From contig NW_021826224.1 in the NCBI RefSeq assembly GCF_006345805.1, positions 1-36,242 on the forward strand: a DNA stretch of 36,242 bases, written 5' to 3'. Source of the DNA: Octopus sinensis. Taxonomy: Eukaryota. Of this stretch, positions 1 to 9,340 are shown one piece after another. A program made the position numbers and the translations under genes. Under the pieces are notes generated by a model that saw nothing but the letters and a program-made list of their open reading frames with translations, did no database searches and was not told the DNA's origin. Numbering within the stretch: position 1 is the first letter of the stretch; every line of letters begins with the position of its first letter.

Positions 1-215
1 GTCTGTCCGTCTGTCTGTCTGCCTGCCTGTCTGTCTGTCTGTCTGTCCGTCTGTCCGTCCGTCCGTCTGTCTGTCTGCCTGCCTGTTCTGTCTGTCTGTC
101 TGTCCGTCCGTCTACCTGCCTGCCTGCCTGTCTCTACCTGCCTGCCTGTCTGTCTGCCTGCCTGCCTGTCTGTCTGCCTGCCTGTCTGTCTGTCTGCCTG
201 CCTGTCTGTCTGTCT
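1..215. repeat. Compound tetranucleotide microsatellite (GTCT/GCCT/GTCC)n
   Basis: Seen directly; runs off the window start. Confidence 0.97.
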
Positions 216-868
216 ATTTTTCTATTTGTCTGCTTTCCGCTTTTCTTTCATTGTTTCTTTCCTATGTGTGTCTGTGTGTCTGTGTGTGCGTGGGTTATAA
301 GCGCGAACCTGCTATATTAAAGGTAGCGCAGGTGGTATTAAAAATGGGAATTTTAAAGTTGCATGCATATGCATGCTCTTTTACATATACATACGGTACA
401 CACAAGCACATTTATGCGTGTACGTGTCTGTCTTTACTTTGACATGCTTGTAAAAGAACGATCTATGTCCCGTAACATAGATTTTGTCACACATCCCAGC
501 AGTTCAGCAAAACATGATCGATATGATATGAACAATGATTAAAAATAAGTACTGATGTCGAAATTATCTACTAAAATCAATTAGGTTATCCTTCACGACT
601 GCAATCCAATGATTAAAACGAGTGCAAAATTAAAAACATATTACACACACATGCACCTTCCGGGTATGAATTATCGCTCGAAATCTTAGTGTTTCTAAGC
701 AATTTTGAGATTTTAGAAGCATTGTGTTGGCCTTCGTCATGACCCTCCACGCTGGTTGGCTGAGGCGATGGAGTGTAGATTCAAATTCTTTTGGGGAGGA
801 ATTTTTTACAGAACACAATTTTGCCTGTCAGCTCAAGTGCATTTGACTTGCTTTCGTTTCCCATAATC

Positions 869-1080
869 TTTTCTACTTTAGGCACAAGGCCCGAAATTTT
901 GGGAGAGAGGGCCAGTCAGATAGATCGACACCAGTACGCAACTGGTATTTTATTTATCGACCCCGAAAGGATGAAAGACAAAGTCGACCACAGCGGAAAT
1001 TTGAACTCAGAACGTAAAGACAGGCGAAATACCGCTTAGCATTTCGCCCGGCGGTCTAACGATTCTGCCAGCTCACCGCC
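869..1080 (-). mobile_element. tRNA-derived SINE, family A (head GGCGGCGAGCTGGCAG; central CATCCTTTCGGGGTCGATAAA..AGTACCAG, Meta-domain-like)
   Basis: Colinear with the other family A copies in this window; B-box-like GAGTTCAAATT. The Meta-domain label is from memory. Confidence 0.88.
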
Positions 1081-1226
1081 TTTTCCGTTTCCAGTAATGA
1101 GGAGAGTATGGGCTAAAGCCAGTTCTCGGTTCTACCATTCGAGTACAGTAGGATAGGTAAACACTGAGAAATAACTCACCCCTTTGGCTTATATTCCTGC
1201 AGACTGTCGTTTTGAAAACTTGTATT

Positions 1227-1598
1227 GGCGCAGGCGTAGCTGCGTGGTAAGAAGCTTGCTTACTAATCACATGGTTCCAGGTTTAGTCCCACTGCGTGGC
1301 ACCTTGGGCCGACCAAAGACTTGTGAGTGGATTTGGCAGAGGGAAGCTGAAAGAAGCCCGTCGTACAAACACACACACACACACATATGTTTGTGTGTCT
1401 GTGTTTGGTCCCCTACCATCGCATGGCAACCGATGTTGATGTATTTACGTACCCACAGATTAGCGGTTCGGCAAAAGATACCGATAGAAGAAGTACTAGG
1501 CTTACAAAGAATAAATCATGGGGGCGATTTGTTCGACTAAAGGCGGTGCTCCAGCATGGCCGTAGTCTGAAAGGAATAAAAGAATAAAAGAAAAATAA
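1227..1598 (+). mobile_element. tRNA-derived SINE, family B (head GCTGTGTGGTAAG..GGTTCAGTCCC; tail GGCGGTGCTCCAGCATGGCC..GAAAC + (TAAAAG)n)
   Basis: Colinear with copies at 9881, 20975, 21824 and 24175; internal (CA)n; A-rich tail. Confidence 0.9.
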
Positions 1599-1669
1599 GT
1601 TCAAACCGTTACTCAATTCCTTTCAAGAACTGAAAGTAGCTGCCACTTCAAAACATCCAACCCATTATT

Positions 1670-1875
1670 CCTGGGAGGCTCGTGAAAGGCAGAAGCCTCA
1701 GGTATCACCTTCATAGCCTCTGATCAGAAGCAATAGCCTTACACTTTCTGGCTGGCTTCCCAAGCGTGACCAAGTGAGACAATAGTTATTATCCAACCAT
1801 CTCGTTCTAGGTTGGCTCGGCTTGAATAATCCGCCTTACGATTCTTCCCTGCGACATCCTCACTAGAAATATATT
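1670..1875 (-). mobile_element. RTE-clade LINE 3' fragment (degenerate)
   Basis: Minus strand translates to RMSQGRIVRRIIQAEPT..PRTRWLDNNYCLTWSRLG, typical of the RTE/Expander ORF C-terminus (GRPRTRW region); has frameshifts and a deletion. Confidence 0.65.
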
Positions 1876-2464
1876 ACGAATAAGGACGGATAGCTGCTAC
1901 ATGTAACAGGCAAAAGTCTAGTACTGAGGACGGGAAGGCACCTAGAAACCGGCTGGTCCACTGGTTTTGCTATGCTGGAGTGGGAGTCGTTCGCTCACTT
2001 ACTCGCAATAAAACGGATACAGGTTGTGTATCGTTAACCAGCGGGAAAAGATGTTTTCCTGGGGTTAAAATGTAGTAACATTTGTTCTGCATAGAACAGC
2101 CAGATAAAAGATGCAACTGACATTACTCCTTAGTACTGTTTCTATGTGAATCTCTTTCAGAGATTTTAAACCAGCTACTATAAATGTTATTAAATTACCG
2201 AATTTGGTGGCATATAAGACGGACATTTAAATAAAAAATTTCTCAAAAAAAAAAAAAGAAAGAAAGGTAGAATAAGAAAGAATGAAAATTATTTTGGGTC
2301 CTATAAGCGAAATTGCTTTAATTATTACAAATTTTAATGCGTATCTATAGTTGCTGCTGTATGTTAATCAAAATACATATTAAAATTGAGAATTATAGAA
2401 ATATTATTGCATAGTTTTTGTGTAACAAAACAGAAAAACGGAATGGTTCTGCAATTATTTATTC

Positions 2465-2612
2465 TCCATTACACGTGTTTCATTTGCTAATAGGAATTAC
2501 AAGAATTTGTTACTCAGACATATAAGAAATTTCCTGTTAGAAATTCCTTACATGTCTATCTAACATGTAAATCCTTGTTATTCCTATTAGCAAACGAAAC
2601 ATGTGTAATGGA
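2465..2612. repeat. Foldback inverted repeat, about 70-bp arms (MITE-like)
   Basis: TCCATTACACGTGTTTCATTTGCTAATAGGAATTACAAG matches the reverse complement of CTTGTTATTCCTATTAGCAAACGAAACATGTGTAATGGA; pairing continues to a loop of a few nt. Confidence 0.9.
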
Positions 2613-3306
2613 CAATAAATTATAGCAAAAAAAAAATCCATTTTCCTGTTTTTATATATGTATGTATGTGTCATGAACAATATTTTCAAAAAAGAACATA
2701 TCTAAATACACGCACACATACACACACACACGCGTGCGCGCGAAATTAGCTGTTAAATTCTTTTCTTTCGAAATTATGCCTATATCAAAGTTTGCAAAAG
2801 TATGTGTGCGCCTCATTCCGAACTTTGGAGAACTACGTCTACGAAAATGTCTTTGAAGATTATGTTGACAAGCTTAATTTTTAAAGGAATTTCGGATCAT
2901 TCTTCCTCGCTTTCCATTTGTTCCCGTATAACTCTCTTTAAAAATCCGTATTTTTTTAAAAATAAATTCTTGCAAACATACGTTTTCATGAATACAGGTT
3001 ACGATCATGTTTATAAAGTTATGGGGGAAAAAATGTCTAAAGTTATGCAAATAGGTGGTTATTAAGTTGAGAGGCGGATAGAATGTTCTCAAACATATCT
3101 GCTTCATTATTTCGTTTTCTAAATTTTATAATCATAATCTCAACTTTTACTCGTAAAATCATATTTCTGCGGACTTTTCAAATGAAATTCATATGCAAAA
3201 TTTTCAAACGCTGTTTAAAGGGATTTACGACAAAATAAATTCGTTAAATACCTTTACCTCAATTACTTTTAGAAAATATTTATCAACATAATCTTACGTA
3301 AATTTC

Positions 3307-3669
3307 TTACCTCCGCCTTAGAGAAGGCGGAGGTATTGTTTTGCAGTCGTGTTTTTTTGTCCGTGGACAAGATATCTCAAGAACCGTTCGATGAATTCGG
3401 ATGAAACTTTCAGGGATGTTTGGTCTTGTGACTGGCACGAACTGATTGGATTTTGAGATCGATCCGGTACCGGACAAGGATTCGGGATTATTTTACCTGA
3501 TTTTTTACGTAATTTTTGATAGCGGCCGGCTTCATTTTTAGTATTCTCGTTTGTGTGAGCAGTCGAGTTTACTTCAGATATTCTCATTTTAAAAATAATC
3601 TCCAGCTAATCGTTGGGAAGACGTTGGTGTTGCCTTGGCGGAGGTTTGCGCTCTCTGAGGGCTCTTGTT
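3307..3669 (+). mobile_element. Non-autonomous Helentron (HINE/DINE-1-like) element
   Basis: Perfect 12-bp stem TACCTCCGCCTT-AGAG-AAGGCGGAGGTA at 3308-3335; subterminal GGCGGAGGT at 3637-3645; 3' hairpin GCGCTC-TCT-GAGGGC at 3648-3662; T-rich ends. Matches the known HINE layout. Confidence 0.75.
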
Positions 3670-3681
3670 ATTATTGCTTTT

Positions 3682-3890
3682 CTTTTACTTGTTTCAGTCA
3701 TTTGACTGCGGCCATGCTGGGGCACCGTCTTGAAGGGTTTTAGTCGAACAAATTGACTCCAAGACTTATCTTTTAAAGCCTGCTACTTGATATATCGGTC
3801 TTTTTTATCGAACCGCAAAGTTACGGAGATGCAAACACTGCTTGTCAAGCGGTGGTAGCATACAAACTCAAACACACATACATACATAAT
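3682..3890 (-). mobile_element. SINE family B, 3' half
   Basis: TTTCAGTCATTTGACTGCGGCCATGCTGGGGCACCG tail as in the other B copies. Confidence 0.85.
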
Positions 3891-3894
3891 AAAA

Positions 3895-4140
3895 AAGGAT
3901 AAACGTCGCCCTTTTCAAGCCTAGCCAGTCTCATAGGCCCGGTTTCCCGTTTTCTATGGCGTATGTGTTTCCCAGCTGGACGGGACGCCAGTCCATCGCA
4001 GCGTTACTCATTTTTGCCAGCTGAGTGGACTGGAGCAACGTGAAATAAAGTGTTTTACTCAAGAACACAACGCGTCGCGCGGTCCTGGAATCGAAACCAC
4101 AATATTACGATCATGATGCTGACATCCTAACCACTAAGCA
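3895..4140 (-). mobile_element. tRNA-derived SINE, family C (V-domain-like), nested in a family B copy
   Basis: Minus strand has CTTAGTGGTTAGG..GGTTTCGATTCC (A/B boxes) and GCGATGGACTGGCGTCCCGTCCAG, which resembles the V-SINE core (from memory). Confidence 0.75.
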
Positions 4141-4226
4141 CTTGCCAAAGGTGCCTCGCAGTGGGACGGAACCCGGAACCATGTGGTTGGGAAGCAAGGT
4201 TCTTACTTCACTGGCACGCCTGTGCC
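4141..4226 (-). mobile_element. SINE family B, 5' head
   Basis: Reverse complement of ..CCACATGGTTCCGGGTTCCGTCCCACTGCGAGGCACC. Confidence 0.85.
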
Positions 4227-4360
4227 TATCAACAGATGTGACTTCTTCAGGAGGTTATAAGAAAAAATATTGGGAGGGGGCTCCAAACGCTAGTTTATAT
4301 ATATATATATATATAATATATATATATATATATTATATATATAATATATATATATATATA

Positions 4361-4385
4361 CAGTAGAACCTCGATTTTCGAAGGA
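4361..4385 (+). mobile_element. Orphan Tigger/pogo-like TIR end
   Basis: TA|CAGTAGAACCTCGATTTTCG, similar to the TIR at 4442; no partner end seen. Confidence 0.5.
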
Positions 4386-4473
4386 CTCTGATCACGAATA
4401 AATCGTACTTTATCTCCTGTCTTTCTCATATTCATTTAATACAGTAGTACCTCGGTTTACGTACGCCTTTATC

Positions 4474-4603
4474 TATGTATGTATGTATGTATGTATGTAT
4501 GTATGTATGTATGTATGTATGTATGTATGTATGTATGTATTATGTATGTATGTATGTATGTATGTATGTATGTATGTATATATATGTGTGTGTGTGTGTG
4601 TGT
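4474..4603. repeat. (TATG)n-(TA)n-(TG)n microsatellite
   Basis: Seen directly; explains ORFs 4475..4804, 4479..4679 and 4540..4764. Confidence 0.97.
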
Positions 4604-4671
4604 GACCGCGTGTGTATCGTTGGCGATTTTCTTCCCCCGTCTTCCCTTCCTTGGACCTTTCCTTTTTCTAT

Positions 4672-4706
4672 GTTTCTGACGAAGAGCTCCGCTCGAAACG
4701 TTAAAT
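4672..4706 (+). ncRNA. Minimal type-I hammerhead ribozyme motif (PLE/retrozyme-type)
   Basis: GUUU-CUGACGA-A-GAGC(UCC)GCUC-GAAAC-GUU/AAAU: intact CUGANGA and GAAA, 4-bp stem II, palindromic AACGUU stem III, 4-bp stem I (one G-U). Confidence 0.75.
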
Positions 4707-4801
4707 CCTCCTTCTTTTTTTCCTTTCCTGAGCGTCCAATGACACTATACTTGTTCCACGCCAACGGGTTGTGTTTTCTCTCTGTATTTCCATGTTTGGA
4801 T

Positions 4802-4835
<34 letters not shown>

Positions 4836-4840
<5 letters not shown>

Positions 4841-5046
4841 GAAAGAAGGTTTGAAAATGCAATTTAAAATATGTTTATTTACTTTACCGGTTTCACTCTT
4901 TCGAAAAAGATTGTCAATTTGTAACAACCAATAATTAACGCAACCAAACTTTTACATGTTACTTTTGACAATCTTTTTCCAAAGAGTGAAACCGGTAAAG
5001 TAAATAAACATCTTTTAAATGCATTTTCAAACCTTCTTTCGTATAT
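4836..5046. repeat. Inverted repeat with about 90-bp arms, each carrying an HHR-like motif
   Basis: TATACGAAAGAAGGTTTGAAAATGCA..TTTACCGGTTTCACTCTTT..GTAAC is mirrored by GTTAC..AAAGAGTGAAACCGGTAAA..TGCATTTTCAAACCTTCTTTCGTATA; spacer about 30 bp. Confidence 0.93.
4959..5003 (+). ncRNA. Minimal type-I hammerhead ribozyme motif with U3-A8 core covariation
   Basis: UUACUU-UUGACAA-UCUUUU(UCCA)AAGAGU-GAAAC(CG)GUA/AAGUAA: perfect 6-bp stem I, palindromic ACCGGU stem III, GUA cleavage triplet. Confidence 0.65.
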
Positions 5047-5082
5047 AATTCCACTCGTGCGGTACCCAACAACTCCACTTTG

Positions 5083-5128
<46 letters not shown>

Positions 5129-5932
5129 CACTAGTCACGAAAACCGATGTACTACTGTATATATATATATATATATTTGAAATAAAATTCTTTCAGTTTT
5201 CCTTACTTACATTTAACACCTCCTACTGCCACTCCTCTCTTCTCCTTTTGTTATCTTAGAAGTAACCCATCACCAAATGTGATGTGTATGCATCAGAAAC
5301 CATCTTCTATTCTAAGACTATGACGCTTCACCGGTCTCCGTTGCTATTAACTCATAGAAATCTGAGGTGACCGAGGGTTGGGTCATCAAGGCTATCAGCA
5401 AGCAGGTTTAACAGTTGCAGCAGTGTTTGAATGAATAAGCCTGAAGAACGGACGAGTCGAATTTTAGTTGTTTACTCCTTTTTTTACTCGCTAATGCTAA
5501 TTCTAGATCATATGGTCTCTTAAGGCTTTTTAATGTATCGATAATATTTAATGTATACAGTTCCTGTTGGCAAGCCAGCGTACGAAATGTTATCAAGGAA
5601 GCCTTGTACAACTGAGAGTTTGGGTTTATCGAGCAATGTTCCGTTGACTTCATCATCCACACTATCTCAATTGTCACGAACAAGAACTTCATCCGCTATA
5701 CATTTTTCTATTAACCCTTAGTATCTAGAGTCACATTCTATGTCTTCCTACCGGTTCTATCGTCGTCAACTGTGACATCTATCTCGCCTTCCCTCTGAAT
5801 TATACAAGGAAATCACTTGCTTGGAATCTTTCAAAATTGTATTCTTCTTCCACATTATGCAGGAATAAATTTCCTGGAATTAGCTAAAGTAAGTCTTCAG
5901 TGATTTCTGTGAAGCGACGAAATTGAATAATC

Positions 5933-6128
5933 CTTTCTACTATAGGCACAAGGCCTGAGATTTTGGGGAAGGGAGCCTGTCGATTAGATCGACGCCAGTA
6001 CGCAACTGGTACTTCATTTATCGACCCCGAAAGGATGAAAGGCAAAGTCGGCCTCGGCGGAATTTGAACTCAGAACGGAGCGACGGGCGAAATACCGTGA
6101 AGCATTTCGTCCAGCGCGGTAACGATTC
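5933..6128 (-). mobile_element. SINE family A (head slightly truncated)
   Basis: Colinear with the 869-1080 copy. Confidence 0.88.
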
Positions 6129-6299
6129 GTCAAAACACCAAGGTGGGTTACGAATATGACTTGATGAATAACTGGTGTGTGAATGTAACATGCACCTTAT
6201 TTTAGCATCATTACCAACATGTATAGCTTTACCTCATCAGCAGAAACTTCCTACTATCTTTGTACGGTAAGAGTGAAATTAAAAAAAAAAAAACAGTCA

Positions 6300-6480
6300 T
6301 TAACTCTTTCGTCCTCAAACCGGCAATATCAGGCCTAAATATTATTCTACAAGTAGTATGATCAAACTGGCCAGGTCAGGCCTCTCACACCTACTCTACA
6401 ATGTCAATGGCAAATTTAAAACAAAGTGAATGAATAAAACATTATATGTGACAGAGTAATCTGAATGTTAAGGAGTTGAA
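6300..6480. mobile_element. Degenerate TTAA-flanked (piggyBac-type) MITE
   Basis: TTAA|CTCTTT at the left, AAGGAG|TTGA at the right; interior resembles a common octopus MITE as I recall it (not verified). Confidence 0.45.
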
Positions 6481-6759
6481 TATAAGCATGTTGAACTATT
6501 TTTCGGAATGGTGAAAATGTACCAGCACCTATTGCAACCTGACTTTCAAAAGTCGCAGACGTACTGATCTTTCTCACTCAATCATTAACTTTGTAAGAAC
6601 TATACGGCCTGCATTAGGTCAATACATAAATGTTCCTTACTCAATTTATGTACATTTGTTCAGGCTTCATTCTCAAATGCCTCATTATTTCAACCTAGTT
6701 AGTATCAACACAATCCATTTTCACTCCATCGCCATTATATACTTGACAAATTAAGGGTC

Positions 6760-7290
6760 ATACACACATCATTAAGTAATGTAACCTCTTCCTGAATGGT
6801 TCGGTCTCCTTGGTTGGTATGCTGCTTGCCCCCTCCAGGGGTAATTTTATTACCCATTTCATGGCAATTTCTAACTCGTCATAATTGCCCATCAGTAGCT
6901 TTGAAATTCTTGTTACACATATTTCTAGTTTACATTGGAAGCAGCATTTTAAATTTCCACACCACGGATCTTGTTACCGCAGGATCATTAACGAATAAAC
7001 CATGCGTCAATGCCTCCTTAAGATTTGTATATTTTGTAACTCTCAGGCGTTTTATTGTACAAACAGATAATGGTTTAGAATTTGCGTCAACATTATGTTT
7101 CAAGAAATATTCAGTGATTTTATATTTGGCCTTGGGTTTGTCCGAAATTAATTGCGTTTTAACAGTGTACTCATCCCAAACCTACACCACTGAAGCACCA
7201 GCTTCTAGCTGTTTTATAAGTTCCAATTTTGGATTCGCAGATAAGGTTACATGTTTGATCTTCAGACTGTTAATCTCCATGGAAGCCATG
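6760..7290 (-). pseudogene. Tigger/pogo (CENP-B/jerky-like) transposase fossil, N-terminal DNA-binding domains
   Basis: Minus strand reads KHVTLSANPKLELIKQLEAGASVV*VWDEY (CENP-B N-terminal HTH), then with frameshifts WFIR..GNKIRGVEI and FKATDGQL*RVRNCH (Tc5-type HTH, FKASxGWLxRF motif). The plus ORF 6796..7320 is its antisense shadow. Confidence 0.8.
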
Positions 7291-8015
7291 ATGTCAAATA
7301 CAAGGCTGAACGATACCTAATCAGTGAAATATCAACAAAAATCGCAAGGCAACACAAATTGTTCTGTATTGAATATGGAGTTTATTTTCAACGTGTGCAT
7401 TGTGGTACGACGCTGAATCTGGATGTCTGGAATATGTAATATTCAAAAATAAACATACAAGTTTTAGTTTCTTTCGACCTACATAAATCCTTGTTTCTGA
7501 GTACGTATTATTTGATTTGAAACCAAATTACTGCCAGATTAAATCGTGACACAGCAAGAACATAATTACTATGAAGAAAATCAGTTTCAGTAAATAAATT
7601 TTCGAGGAATTTAAACGCACAGCTTCTCCCCATGAAGTAACAGGTGGAATATAGATCAAAAGATGTGGGGAGAAGAAGGAATGAATGAATCCGAATAGTC
7701 GGCGAATTATACGAAGCTAATTAGTATATTAGTATGGATGCGGGAGTTTGACTGCTAGGGAGAAACGATACATATATAGGCTGTGTGGTAAGTAGCTTGC
7801 TAACCTACTACCTATGAATCTGGGTTGTTAGTGTGCGCATGTGTCATTGTGTTGTGCACTGAAGAAGATAGCCGGGTCCAAGGTAAGACTTTTCTCTCGG
7901 ACCCAGTGAAGGTCGTTGTCTGTGCTTATATGTTTTACAAACAGGGAATTCTCACTGGATTCAGGATGCTGGTCTACTTGCGGTTCAGCAACACGGTCCA
8001 TAGTAAATAACTTTT

Positions 8016-8271
8016 TTTTTTCTCATTGTGAGAAGTACAGTCTGGTGAGCGTATCCTTTAACCAAAAATTGTTCACTTTTTAACAGTGTATGTTTTTACA
8101 ACAACAACATTTACCATTATTGGAAACCTGTATTTCAAGTGTTCACATGAGGTGAAAAGTTTTTCTCATTGTGAGAAATATAGTTTGGTGACGTATCTTG
8201 CCACCAAACGTCGTTCGCTGTTTGTAAATAGTGTGTATTTTACAACTACGTCGGAAAGCTGTATTTCAAGT
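8016..8271 (+). repeat. Diverged tandem dimer, unit about 130-145 bp
   Basis: TTTTTCTCATTGTGAGAA at 8016 and 8160; CTGTATTTCAAGT ends at 8140 and 8271. Confidence 0.75.
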
Positions 8272-8499
8272 TAAGCAATCCAGGTTCTAATAGGAGTACC
8301 ATAGGGCTTGGAGTACTTGCATGCCCAGAAAATTTTTTTGCTGTGTTTTTTTTGAACTGTTGTTTTCTTCTTCTATTGTGACTTTAGAATTTTTATTGAA
8401 ATGATTATTTTTTTACTTCTTCCCTTTTGTTTTCTTTTGAATTCTCTCTTTCCTTTTTTGTGAACTATTGTTTGGACTTTTTATTTTTTAATTTAAAAC

Positions 8500-9340
8500 A
8501 TGGCAAAAAATAAATACGGATAAGATTGTAGAGTGGAAGATTGTCCCACCTAAGGAGTAGCTCAGACAGCAAGAGGAGAGGACGGTGGTGTTGAGAACGT
8601 GTTCGAAGGTTCTCGACACCATTACCGTCTTCTCCAAGCAGATGATTGAGCAGGAGTTGGCAGAACATCTGCCAACCATTAAATATGTCTCTAGGGGAGT
8701 CAAACATGCAACAGTGTGGTTGCTGTTTGACACCCCAGAGGATGCTCGCAGTTTTGAGAGCCAGCCCGTTGAGGGTAAAGAAATTTTGCTTCTTCCCAAT
8801 TGCTGTAGGAAAAAATTGACGAGGGCCTGGGTCTGTGGTTTGCCACCCGGAATTGAACCCCAGTGGATAGAGGATACTATCCGTCGGGGTCTGGGTGGCA
8901 GCGGAGTCAGGCTCTTCAATGTGAAAATTCTTCCTGCGGCTGACTGGGTTGGATCAAAAGCCCAATCAGCCATGAATCTGGTTATGCCAGATTTTTTGAA
9001 AATGGCCGGTGCAGGTACCCGGTGATTTCTGAGGGTCGCCTCCCCACCCAGGTGTCATCAGTGCCTGGAACCTGGCTATATAAAGAACTGTTCTCAGGAA
9101 CATAGGAAAGTCCGGGAGCAGTCAATTGTGACCTCTGTAGAAGAAGGAACGAAAGCAGCTGAGGAGACGGAGGACTCCTCAGGGAAAGGCCGCAAGAGAA
9201 AGAAGGTGAGCAACAATGGGGATAAGGGAGGAGAGGGGAATCTCTTGGTCACGGAGGAGACGCACCCTCTCTCAGTTGAGAGGAAAAACAGAGGAAGAGG
9301 AAGAGAAACGGGACATTGCCGGCAGTCGGTGACATAAGGG
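8500..9340 (+). pseudogene. L1/Tx1-clade non-LTR retrotransposon ORF1 fossil
   Basis: ATG at 8500, early frameshift and stop, then ..ERTVVLRTCSKVLDT..RAWVCGLPPGIEPQWIEDTI..; after another frameshift PRCHQCLEPGYIKNC (degenerate CCHC knuckle, 9053-9091) and a K/E-rich tail. Confidence 0.7.

Larger units (their letters stand above)
4442..5157. mobile_element. TA-flanked, TIR-bounded composite element (pogo/Tigger-type MITE ends) enclosing microsatellites and HHR modules
   Basis: Left CAGTAGTACCTCGGTTTACGT (4442-4462) vs reverse complement of right CAGTAGTACATCGGTTTTCGT (5137-5157): 19/21 identical; TA at 4440-4441 and 5158-5159. Confidence 0.7.

Noticed and set aside
4228-4260. Minus-strand CUGAAGAAG-GUCA.. 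hammerhead start
   Set aside because: No GAAA or cleavage half follows; the sequence runs into a SINE head.
5408-5700. Possible Pif1/Helitron helicase remnant (DSVDDE..FLDNISYAGLP in an alternative minus frame)
   Set aside because: Resemblance is limited to a few residues and the expected downstream LLRN/GLCNG motifs are absent; would need a profile search.
6796-7320. 174-aa plus-strand ORF as a gene
   Set aside because: Antisense shadow of the Tigger transposase fossil; no recognisable motif of its own.
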